This document shows positions 1-7,875 of a stretch of 19,575 nucleotides of DNA, in pieces. Below the pieces are notes generated by a model, which was not told the DNA's origin, ran no database searches, and saw only the letters and a list, made by a program, of their open reading frames with translations. Numbering within the stretch: position 1 is the first letter of the stretch; each line of letters opens with the position of its first letter. The position numbers and the translations under genes were made by a program. The stretch comes from a bacterium (GTDB taxonomy: Bacteria; SZUA-182; DTGQ01; JAFGSM01): the NCBI GenBank assembly GCA_049472355.1, contig JBLIRP010000070.1, positions 1 through 19,575 on the forward strand, read 5' to 3'.

Positions 1-582
1 GTTATCGGGTTACTCACCATTGCATTATTGGTGGTTGTGGTGCCGTACGCCAACGCGGTCATTCTCCCCACTGCTCCAGTTTCCCCGACCGCGCCGACGG
101 CCCTGATGCTGGCCCCAACCCCCACCACCTTTGCCCCCGGCATCGGAGGTCTCGGATTCTGGCCGACCGCCCTGATGCTGCCGACAGTCGCTCCTACAGT
201 GCCGACAATCGGTGCGGCATTTCCGGCCCTCATGACCGCTCCTATTCCGACCACCGCCCCGACCTTCGGGGGAGGTTTTGGCATAACACCCCTCATGCTC
301 GCACCAACCACCCCGTTTGGCGGGACGACATTCTGGCCGACCTTTCCGACAGCACCGACCCCGACACCCACGACCTTTCCCGCTCTCATGACCACTCTTC
401 CGACATTCGCGCCCACTCCCAGCCCGAGCTTCGCAATAAGCCCGCTCATGTTTACGCCGACAACATTCTTTGGCGGCGGCGGTGGGATTTCATTCTGGCC
501 GACGGCGATCATGCTCCCGACAACAGCGCCCGTTCCGACGACCGGCGCACTGTTCCCGGCTGCCATGCTCCCGGTTATTTAA
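1..582 (+). CDS. Secreted Pro/Thr-rich low-complexity repeat protein (5' partial)
   Basis: Frame 1 is open from base 1 (VIGLLTIALLVVVVPYANA-VILPT...) to TAA at 580-582. It has a hydrophobic signal-peptide core with an A-x-A cleavage site, internal FWPT/FPALM/PLM repeats, and downstream terminator hairpins. The start codon lies upstream of the window. Confidence 0.75.
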   Translation, partial: VIGLLTIALLVVVVPYANAVILPTAPVSPTAPTALMLAPTPTTFAPGIGGLGFWPTALMLPTVAPTVPTIGAAFPALMTAPIPTTAPTFGGGFGITPLMLAPTTPFGGTTFWPTFPTAPTPTPTTFPALMTTLPTFAPTPSPSFAISPLMFTPTTFFGGGGGISFWPTAIMLPTTAPVPTTGALFPAAMLPVI

Positions 583-600
583 TGGAGCTGTAAAGAATAA

Positions 601-679
601 AAGGGCCTTCCGGTAGTGGGGGAGGCCTTTGAAACGCCACAGGGCCCGCGGTGTACGATGCATCGCGGGCCTTTGTTTT
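601..679 (+). terminator. Tandem stem-loops; the second is a Rho-independent terminator
   Basis: Hairpin 1 is AAGGGCCTTCC/GGGAGGCCTTT (601-630). Hairpin 2 is GGCCCGCGGTGTA-CGA-TGCATCGCGGGCC (643-671) followed by TTTGTTTT. The wobble pairs are G-U on the + strand. The hairpins lie between convergent genes. Confidence 0.8.
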
Positions 680-788
680 AGGCAAACCTCTGGTGGGGTG
701 TGCAGAAGATGCTCAGAGGAGGTTTATATGAAGTATCCAATGAATTATCTGTTTTTATAAACGTTCATTCCTGGCTGTGATCGAACGA

Positions 789-2615
789 TCATGGGGGTGA
801 GCTCGAATCCCCCGGGGGACGATTCCCCGATGGCTCCTTCCGTTGAGGAAGTGGTCCCTGTGTGTGCAGGGTGAGCTGCGTAAAGGGGATGGTCCACCCA
901 TGGGTCCCGCTTGCCTCCACACAGATCCGTTGGATCGCCCTCTCCAGGAGCAGGTAATCCTGTGCAACCTCTCCTGAGAAATCGGCCAGGATCTGAAGAT
1001 CCAGGGAGGAGGGCCCTGCCTCCTTGAACTCCACCGTGAGACCGAGAAGCGCTGCTCCATACCCCTCCCCGCGAAGCTCCTCCCTGACAGTCTTTTCCAG
1101 GATCTCCGGCACTGCGCAGGTGCTTATGGCCTGATGCCGGTAGTCGATACCGAAGGTTACATTGAGCCGAAAATTGGCGGAGATGTTGTTCGGGTTCTGC
1201 CTCAAGAACTCCATGGTGGGATAAACCTTGTGACTGCCCCCCAGGAGGATGATCTCCACCATTTCAGGTGTCTGGTTGAGTACCCTTCCGTGTGTTCCGT
1301 CTGCCAGGATCACCCAGTCATTCTCCTTGCAGGGGAACCATGGCTCGTCGTGATGGTACGGACGCGAGTGCAGGCCGGTGAGGTCCCGCAGGGGGAGTCT
1401 GATCATCCCACCCTTCAACAGGGGATTGACCAACGGGCTGAGAAAGTTTAATGACTGGACCCTCCAGGGAATGCCGTTGATGACGATTCGTTCGTTTTCC
1501 TTCACCGGGCCGAGGTTTAACAGGAGCTTCATCTGCTCCCAGAAAGGAGGCAGCGCCTGCCGGGCTGCGAAGGCAAGCCCGAAGAGAAAGATAAGGGCAA
1601 GCCCGAGGAGCACCCAGTCCCCGGAAATATAGAGGACGAGCAGCAGGGCGGCGGTGGCGGCCAAAAAGGAAAAGATATGATAGAGCAACGCAATGATACG
1701 GGAATAGAGGGACTGCAGTCGTGATTTTTTCGAACAGATAAGACTGCACAGGAGGTTATAGAGATAGTGGAAGAGGAGCCAAACGAATGCGAAGGCAACA
1801 AGGGAAAGGAGGAGGTTCCTCCCGCGGCTCTTGAAGAACCTCCTGAGGAGATTCTGTACGGATTTCAGGAATGAGGTATGTTTCCTCATCCGTTCCGATA
1901 ATTGATATTGAGCCACTGCCAACTGATTGGATAGGTTTTGCTCCTTTGCGATCCAGTTCTCCCTAAGACGCTCAAGGTTTTCCCGTACATCCTGATCGCG
2001 AATCTCGTCCAAAAGCCGTTGTATATTACCGATCCCTTTTTGAATAACGGGGAGGCGCTCTTTGAGAAAGTCGATATCGCTGCGAAGTTGTTCAATCTCG
2101 CGGGGGTGAGCGGTTACCTTCCGTATCTCCTGGATGATCGGGCCGAAAAGCTCCTGTAATTCCTTCTGCCAGTCGAAGCCATCCTGAGGTCTTGCGGCAA
2201 ATCGTTCAAGATCGACGCCGGTGGCGATGGTCTCGAGACTCTTCTCAAGGGTTTCCCTACGTTTGAGGAGTTCATTGATCTCGTTGACGAGTCTGATTTT
2301 TTGGTCCTCGGTCAGCGCCTCACCGAGCCGTTCCTCTTTTTTCTTGAGATCCGTTTCCAGTGCCTCCATGGATCGCACAATCACCTCAAGGGTGACCGTG
2401 GTGGCCATGGCATCATCGAGGGAATTGGGATCTTCCACGATAAACGGATCGTGAGGGGGTGGTTGCCCGCAGGCCGCGCCAAGGATGAAAAATATGGTGA
2501 GGAACGTGCAGATGAGCAGCGATACGCCGAAGGGGATTGCCCTTTGGGCCACGAAGACCTTTGTATCGCTCATGATCGTCGGTTGGGGCGGACGCCCCTG
2601 CCATGTAGTCATCAT
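789..2615 (-). CDS. MscS-family mechanosensitive channel with a long N-terminal coiled-coil region
   Basis: N-terminal hydrophobic leader, about 200 aa of helical coiled-coil, three TM segments, then an MscS-like cytoplasmic region (VTFGIDY, FKEAGPSSLD, IPFTQLTLH). ATG 2615 (or 2612) has an AAGGAG Shine-Dalgarno at 2621-2626 and is preferred over the TTG at 2651. Confidence 0.8.
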   Translation of the reverse strand: MMTTWQGRPPQPTIMSDTKVFVAQRAIPFGVSLLICTFLTIFFILGAACGQPPPHDPFIVEDPNSLDDAMATTVTLEVIVRSMEALETDLKKKEERLGEALTEDQKIRLVNEINELLKRRETLEKSLETIATGVDLERFAARPQDGFDWQKELQELFGPIIQEIRKVTAHPREIEQLRSDIDFLKERLPVIQKGIGNIQRLLDEIRDQDVRENLERLRENWIAKEQNLSNQLAVAQYQLSERMRKHTSFLKSVQNLLRRFFKSRGRNLLLSLVAFAFVWLLFHYLYNLLCSLICSKKSRLQSLYSRIIALLYHIFSFLAATAALLLVLYISGDWVLLGLALIFLFGLAFAARQALPPFWEQMKLLLNLGPVKENERIVINGIPWRVQSLNFLSPLVNPLLKGGMIRLPLRDLTGLHSRPYHHDEPWFPCKENDWVILADGTHGRVLNQTPEMVEIILLGGSHKVYPTMEFLRQNPNNISANFRLNVTFGIDYRHQAISTCAVPEILEKTVREELRGEGYGAALLGLTVEFKEAGPSSLDLQILADFSGEVAQDYLLLERAIQRICVEASGTHGWTIPFTQLTLHTQGPLPQRKEPSGNRPPGDSSSPP

Positions 2616-2712
2616 CGTCGCTCCTTTATGGACAAGGCAACAGCAGGGCAAAAAAGGGACGGATAAACGGTATTCAACGACGCGAAGTCCGTCAACTCCT
2701 CATGGCGATTGT

Positions 2713-3318
2713 TCAGGAACGTGGTGTTTCGATTTTCTTTACGAAGATGACCTTTGAATCCCCCGGGGAATAGAAATCCTTCAGGACCGCCTCCTTTTCA
2801 TACCCGTGTGCCTCATAGAACGACCGAGCCGGATGATACTGCTCCCGTGAGGAGGTCTCGATATAGATGCGCCTGCCCCCGCTCTCCTCGATAAGGAATT
2901 CCGTTTTTTCAAGAAGTCTTGTTCCAAGCCCCACCCGCCGGAGGTTTTTTTTCACCGCAATCCAATAGAGATCAAATCCACCGATGGTCCCTGGAATGGG
3001 CCCATAGCAGGTATATCCGGCAACCTCGCCATGGATCTCGGCAAAGAGGAAATGATACCCGCTGCGCACCCCCTCCCGCACCCCTTGATCAGCCAGTTCA
3101 AGGGCGATGTCCACCTCCGCCGGGGAAAAGACACCCGCCGATTCGACGATCTCCCGTATCCGCTCCCTGTCCTCAGGAAGGATGGCCGTGCGGAGTGTAA
3201 TCTTGTGCCCGTTGGTGAAGGTCTTTAGGGTATCCGTATGATCGTCCATGGTTACTGTGGTTCTCTCCATCTCATGACACCTGAAAAATGTGTTTATATC
3301 GACCCCTTCGTCGCTCAT
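2713..3318 (-). CDS. GNAT-family N-acetyltransferase
   Basis: Acetyl-CoA motif A (IAVKKNLRRVGLGTRLL) and ARSFYEAHGY. ATGA overlap with the upstream ligase stop indicates translational coupling. Confidence 0.9.
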   Translation of the reverse strand: MSDEGVDINTFFRCHEMERTTVTMDDHTDTLKTFTNGHKITLRTAILPEDRERIREIVESAGVFSPAEVDIALELADQGVREGVRSGYHFLFAEIHGEVAGYTCYGPIPGTIGGFDLYWIAVKKNLRRVGLGTRLLEKTEFLIEESGGRRIYIETSSREQYHPARSFYEAHGYEKEAVLKDFYSPGDSKVIFVKKIETPRS

Positions 3319-4304
3319 GATTGAACAGGGGTCGCGCGAATGATCCGGTCAACCACCTCGGTGTACCCAAGCCCTGCGCGCTCCGCTGCCGCCGTGAAAC
3401 CGGCATCGGGTGCAATGCATGGATTGGTGTTGATCTCCAGCACCCAGGGGATGCCCGTCCGGTCCACCCTGAAATCCACCCTGGCATATCCGCGCAGGCC
3501 GAATATGTCCCAGCACCGTGTGGCAATGCGCCCAAGCTCTTTGAGCAATGGTGCATCTTCGGGAGGAAACTCGAAACTGCGGATGGTATGGCGGTACTCG
3601 AAGGAGTCCTTCTCCCACTTTGCCCGATAGTCCACAATGGCGTGCTTCCCCTCGGGATAGTCCACAAAACGGATCTCTGCCGCGGGCAGCACATCGGGAC
3701 CATCCCCGTTTTCGAGAAGGGAGGTGTTGAATTCCCTTCCCTCGATGAAGACCTCGGCAAAACATTCCCCTCCGGTCTCCTCCAGGCGATGCCGGATCGT
3801 ATCGCCCGATGCGCCGTCCTCCCCGCATCGGACGATCGAGCGCTCATTCAACCCCTTTGATGCATGCTCCCAGACGGACTTGATGATGTAGGTGCGGCCA
3901 TCCGGAATGATCGCCGGCCCCGGGTACTCCTGGGTGATCCATTCCGGGGTTGCTATGCCCGATAGGGCGAGGACCCTCTTGGCAAGGAGTTTGTTCGAGC
4001 TCAAGAATATCGCCTCTGTCCGTGATCCGGTATAGGGGAGAGGCAGCACATCCAGGATCGCGGGCGCGGTGTGGATGAGTCGGCCCTGTCCGCTCACCGA
4101 TTCCACCAGGTTGAAGGCCATTTCTGCCTTGACCTCGCGCAGCCCCCTGATCGATTCCTCGCAGTTGAGGGAAAAGGGGAACAAAACGGGGATATGCCCC
4201 AAGTCGGTGAGTGCATCAAAAACAGCGCCGCACTGCACCAGGGTATCCTGTTCGTCCGCGGATGCACCCTCGGGAACCTGATCGTGCACTATGACAATAT
4301 TCAT
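3315..4304 (-). CDS. D-Ala-D-Ala-ligase-like ATP-grasp enzyme (second paralog)
   Basis: FNLVES, LPYTGS, IIKSVWEHASKG, EVFIEGREF, GYARVDFRV, LEINTNP. Start placed at MNIVIVHD (4304), 8 nt after the upstream stop. Confidence 0.88.
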   Translation of the reverse strand: MNIVIVHDQVPEGASADEQDTLVQCGAVFDALTDLGHIPVLFPFSLNCEESIRGLREVKAEMAFNLVESVSGQGRLIHTAPAILDVLPLPYTGSRTEAIFLSSNKLLAKRVLALSGIATPEWITQEYPGPAIIPDGRTYIIKSVWEHASKGLNERSIVRCGEDGASGDTIRHRLEETGGECFAEVFIEGREFNTSLLENGDGPDVLPAAEIRFVDYPEGKHAIVDYRAKWEKDSFEYRHTIRSFEFPPEDAPLLKELGRIATRCWDIFGLRGYARVDFRVDRTGIPWVLEINTNPCIAPDAGFTAAAERAGLGYTEVVDRIIRATPVQS

Positions 4305-4312
4305 AGAGCCCT

Positions 4313-5359
4313 TTACTGGGTCGAGCCCATGGGGATATCCGGACCGCCCGCGCCCCCGGCATCCTCCGTGATCAGTGTGGGCGCCCGATCCACCCTTTTC
4401 AGGGCCGATTGCATGATCGAGTCGATCAACCATCGAAAGGTCATGCCCTTCTTCCGGCAGAGTATGGGCAGGTCCGAGTGCTCAGGATTCAGCCCTGCCA
4501 AAGGATTCACCTCCAGTACGTGGGGAATGCCCCGGACGTCCGCCCTCAAATCGACCCGTCCCGCGTCCCGGCACCCGAATCCCTGCCAGACAGCCAGGGC
4601 CATCTGCCCCGCCCGCACCGCCATGGGATCATCAACCATCCGGTACTCCACCACATCCTCGTAGTGCTCCTTATTGAAAAAGGAATACGAACCTTGTTCC
4701 GCATTCTCCCCGAATATGATCTCCATTATCCCGATGACCTTCCCCTCCTTGCCGGTGCCGATGATTCCCGCGGTAAACTCCCTTCCGGGCAGATAGGTTT
4801 CAACGAGCACCGGCTGACGATATCGAGCGAGGAGTTCGTTGCACGCGGCAGCCAACGCACGCCGGTCATGAACCTTCGATGAGGCGCTGATACCCTTACC
4901 GGTGCCCTCGGCCACCGGTTTTACAAACAGGGGAAACGGGAGCCCCACCCGTGCCGCATCCGCCTCTGATGCCACAATGGCGAAGGCAGGGGTGGGTATG
5001 TCAAGATCCCTGATAACCCGCTTGCACATCCCCTTATGAAGGGTCAGGGAAAGCACCAGGGGATCCGAAAAGGTATAGGGAATGTCATATGCATCCAAAA
5101 GGCAGGGAACCTGGGCTTCACGGCCGAATCCCCTTACCCCTTCGGCGATATTGAAGACCAGATCCCACCGCTCGCCCCGAACAAGACGCCCCATGAGATT
5201 CTTTACATGTCCGATACGCTCGGTCTCGAAGCCTTCTTGCCGCAGTGCGCTCTCAATGGCGTCGATGGTCTCCGGCTTGTCAAACTCCGCCGTTTCTTCC
5301 ATGTCGTATCCCTCGGCGAGGTATTCCTCCCGAAGGTCATAGGTGATCCCGACAATCAT
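4313..5359 (-). CDS. D-Ala-D-Ala-ligase-like ATP-grasp enzyme (first paralog)
   Basis: FNIAEG, IPYTFSD, FVKPVAEGTGKGI, VETYLPGREFT, GRVDLR, LEVNPLAGL. It lacks the HGxxGEDG motif of canonical Ddl. Confidence 0.9.
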   Translation of the reverse strand: MIVGITYDLREEYLAEGYDMEETAEFDKPETIDAIESALRQEGFETERIGHVKNLMGRLVRGERWDLVFNIAEGVRGFGREAQVPCLLDAYDIPYTFSDPLVLSLTLHKGMCKRVIRDLDIPTPAFAIVASEADAARVGLPFPLFVKPVAEGTGKGISASSKVHDRRALAAACNELLARYRQPVLVETYLPGREFTAGIIGTGKEGKVIGIMEIIFGENAEQGSYSFFNKEHYEDVVEYRMVDDPMAVRAGQMALAVWQGFGCRDAGRVDLRADVRGIPHVLEVNPLAGLNPEHSDLPILCRKKGMTFRWLIDSIMQSALKRVDRAPTLITEDAGGAGGPDIPMGSTQ

Positions 5360-5438
5360 TGCATTTCCTCACGCCGACCACAGGGCCGGGCACCGGGATT
5401 CGATCAGCGAATCGATGCCGCCGCCTTCCATGGCCGCC

Positions 5439-5813
5439 TTATTCTTCCGGCGAAGGTTCAGTAACGTGCCCGCCTTCGTTCTCGTCATCCATTTCTTCCG
5501 GGTCCTGATAGCGCCCGTCGCCAGGCTCTCCTTCAAGGGGAAGGTATCTGAACATATCCTCGTCCTCCGATTCCACGGCAGGGGGCACAAACTGATTCTC
5601 CTCCATCTCCTCCCCTTCCTCGTGCAGGAGATACCAATCCTTGTCCTCCTGCTCCTCCATCTCCTTCGTATCTGCATACCGATAACCCGATGCAGCAGCC
5701 CTTGCAACAACCATAGGTGATTCCGCTTCCAGGGAGCCGGCAAGGGCATGTGAGCTGATACACACAAATCCAAGAAAACAAATGATGCCGAGCATCAGGA
5801 TTCTTCCTTTCAT
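5439..5813 (-). CDS. Secreted, highly acidic hypothetical protein (124 aa)
   Basis: Strong SD (AGAGGAGG) before ATG 5813 and a signal peptide MKGRILMLGIICFLGFVCISSHALA. About one third of the mature part is Asp/Glu. It is co-oriented inside the operon. Confidence 0.75.
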   Translation of the reverse strand: MKGRILMLGIICFLGFVCISSHALAGSLEAESPMVVARAAASGYRYADTKEMEEQEDKDWYLLHEEGEEMEENQFVPPAVESEDEDMFRYLPLEGEPGDGRYQDPEEMDDENEGGHVTEPSPEE

Positions 5814-5891
5814 TTCATCCCCTCCTCTAATGGAAACATGCATAGATTCACCCGGCAACGGGGCCGGGACTCCATAACTGACCAATTTTGC

Positions 5892-7211
5892 TCAAAGAGC
5901 CTGCTGACAGCGTGTGCCGGCGGTTCCGTCGCGGTCCGGATAACGGTAGGTGCGCCCCTCATAGTTCCGCAACACAAGATAGTCCCCCTCTTTCCCAAGG
6001 ACCGTCTCGGGGAAAAGGGGGATCTTCCCCCCGCCCCCCGGCGCATCGATGACGTAGGTGGGGACCCCATAGCCGCTGGTATGCCCGCGAAGCCCCATGA
6101 TAATATCGAGCCCCTTCTCCACCGGAGTTCGAAAGTGGCCGGAGCCTGGGACCGGATCGCATTGATAGAGATAATACGGCCTCACCCGGATCCTGAGCAG
6201 GCCGTGAACCAGTCCCTTCATGGTCTCCACCGTGTCATTGATGCCCGAGAGCAGGACGGTCTGGCTTCCCAAAGGAATCCCGGCATCCGCCAGACGCACG
6301 CATGCCTGTCCCATTTCCGGGGTAATCTCATCGGGATGGATTATATGGAGACTCATCCACAGCGGGTGATACCGCTTCAATGTCCGCACCAGTGAAGAGG
6401 TTATGCGTTGCGGCAACACCACCGGGACCTTTGTGCCGATTCTGAGCATCTCAACGTGCGGGATCCTGCGCAAACGATCGAGCAGCCATGCCAATCGCTC
6501 ATCAGGCAGGGTGAGGGGATCGCCGCCGGACAGCAGTACATCGCGAACCGAGGTATTCCGCTCGATATACGCGATGGCATCCCTCCAATGGGACAGATCG
6601 AAACGGGAACGGTCTCCGATGCCGATCATCCGGGAACGGGTGCAGTAGCGACAATACGTAGAGCACATGTTGGTTACCAGGAACAGCACCCGGTCCGGAT
6701 AGCGATGGACAATGCCGGGAACCGGACTGTGGCTGTCCTCTTTGAGAGGGTCATCCTCCTCCCCCGGACTCCTTATGAACTCCGCGTTTACCGGAATAAC
6801 ACAGCGCCGTATCGGGTGAAGGGGATCACAGGGATCGAGCAGGCTCGCGTAATAAGGGGTTATCTTCAAGGGGAGAGAGCCCTGGTGACGGTCGATTCCC
6901 TCTCGTTCAGCATCGGAAAGGCGTATGATCCGTTCCAGGGATGCCATGCTGGTGATGGAATGTCGAAGCTGCCACCGCCAGTTGTTCCATTCGGAGGCGC
7001 TCACATCGGGGAAAAACCGCCTGCGGAAACGGGAGGCGCGGTCATTTGCATCGAATGAATCAAGGCTATTGACCAGCCTGATCGGAGGGGAGGATAATGT
7101 TGTGGTATAAGGCCCGCCTTCGTCAGAAGTGGGCCTTATACCCGGAGGTTCGACTTCTTCTTGCACACACAGGGATTCCATTTGCCGAGAGACACACTCA
7201 TTTCTTTGCAT
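5892..7211 (-). CDS. kamA: KamA-family radical SAM/PLP 2,3-aminomutase (lysine 2,3-aminomutase-like)
   Basis: HRYPDRVL, CSTYCRYC (CxxxCxxC), LLSGGDPL, PYYLYQCD, GHTSG, and YVIDAPGGGGKIP containing the PLP lysine. Confidence 0.93.
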   Translation of the reverse strand: MQRNECVSRQMESLCVQEEVEPPGIRPTSDEGGPYTTTLSSPPIRLVNSLDSFDANDRASRFRRRFFPDVSASEWNNWRWQLRHSITSMASLERIIRLSDAEREGIDRHQGSLPLKITPYYASLLDPCDPLHPIRRCVIPVNAEFIRSPGEEDDPLKEDSHSPVPGIVHRYPDRVLFLVTNMCSTYCRYCTRSRMIGIGDRSRFDLSHWRDAIAYIERNTSVRDVLLSGGDPLTLPDERLAWLLDRLRRIPHVEMLRIGTKVPVVLPQRITSSLVRTLKRYHPLWMSLHIIHPDEITPEMGQACVRLADAGIPLGSQTVLLSGINDTVETMKGLVHGLLRIRVRPYYLYQCDPVPGSGHFRTPVEKGLDIIMGLRGHTSGYGVPTYVIDAPGGGGKIPLFPETVLGKEGDYLVLRNYEGRTYRYPDRDGTAGTRCQQAL

Positions 7212-7277
7212 CGTTATCGTTCCATTCCTTTTTCCAGTAGCTGTTATAGTAAAATAATACGGTCAGTTTTTTGAAAA

Positions 7278-7538
7278 TCATTCCTCTTCGAGGACTTCAT
7301 AGCTTTCCACCGTGATGATCTTATCCCCATACTCATCCTCCTCGATGACCCCGGTGACCCTGATATTCTGAAAGACCAGATCAAGCAGCTCCGCACCTTC
7401 AGGGGTATCCTCGATGATATACTCCTCTTCGTCCGGCGTGGAAATACTCACCGCGATCACATTATCATCCTCATCCCAATCCACCGCGGTGATGATGCCG
7501 GTAAGGGTCACCTTTTTTTTGCTCACCTTGCTTTTCAT
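7278..7538 (-). CDS. Small acidic hypothetical protein, predicted beta-rich (OB-fold-like), 86 aa
   Basis: SD GGGGAG before ATG 7538. Alternating beta-strand pattern (VTLTGII, IRVTGVI, ITVESYEV). It is the first gene after the sigma54 promoter. Confidence 0.8.
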   Translation of the reverse strand: MKSKVSKKKVTLTGIITAVDWDEDDNVIAVSISTPDEEEYIIEDTPEGAELLDLVFQNIRVTGVIEEDEYGDKIITVESYEVLEEE

Positions 7539-7605
7539 GATACGTCTCCCCGTTTCCCTTGTTAAACCCCATTAATACCCTCCCGTATATGGGATCAATA
7601 GTATA

Positions 7606-7621
7606 AGCAAGGCACATGCCA
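7606..7621 (-). promoter_or_regulatory. Sigma54 (-24/-12) promoter
   Basis: The minus strand reads TGGCATGTGCCTTGCT, an exact GG-N10-GC and a near match to the consensus TGGCAC-N5-TTGCW. It lies about 70 nt upstream of the 7538 start and next to a sigma54 activator gene. Confidence 0.88.
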
Positions 7622-7626
7622 TCACA

Positions 7627-7639
7627 CAATCTATTGTTT
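7627..7639 (-). promoter_or_regulatory. IHF-like binding site
   Basis: Minus-strand AAACAATAGATTG versus consensus WATCAANNNNTTR (one mismatch), with an A-tract on its 5' side. It sits between the promoter and the candidate enhancer sites. Confidence 0.55.
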
Positions 7640-7672
7640 TTATTGCTTTTTATCTACAAACCTCTTAAAATC

Positions 7673-7860
7673 GGAACTCCGATTTCTCATATATCCTTCG
7701 GCACGACGTCCAAAAAGGAATGGTAAGGAGTGAATGATGGCATCCTCTATCATAAGTCCTTATACGATGCGACATTTGCTTTATTCGTGCGACGGTCGAG
7801 GAAATGCAAAAATAGGAATTGACAATTCAGAAAATAGAGAAACAGGAACCGGGAGTTCCT
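7673..7860. promoter_or_regulatory. Three candidate enhancer (UAS) sites, GGAA-N7-TTC(C/T/A)
   Basis: GGAActccgatTTCT (7673-7687), GGAAttgacaaTTCA (7815-7829), and AGGAACcgggaGTTCCT (7844-7860), which has perfect 6-bp dyad arms. Confidence 0.55.
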
Positions 7861-7875
7861 ATTGTATCGGCACCC

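Noticed and set aside
679..730. c-di-GMP-I riboswitch suggested by GGCAAAC
   Set aside because: The GAAA tetraloop and GACGCAAAGC core are missing, and the site lies between convergent gene ends.
4305..4433. N-terminal extension of the 3315..4433 ORF
   Set aside because: It overlaps the upstream ligase by about 120 nt and reads as non-protein-like. ATG 4304 gives a normal start.
3315..5359. Calling the ligases ddl or a van resistance cluster
   Set aside because: The canonical HGxxGEDG motif is absent and there are no mur/fts or vanH/vanX neighbours.
5892..7211. EF-P beta-lysylation (epmB/yjeK) or lysine fermentation role for the KamA protein
   Set aside because: No efp, epmA, kamD/kamE or other lysine fermentation genes are in the window. 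The neighbours are ligases and an acetyltransferase.
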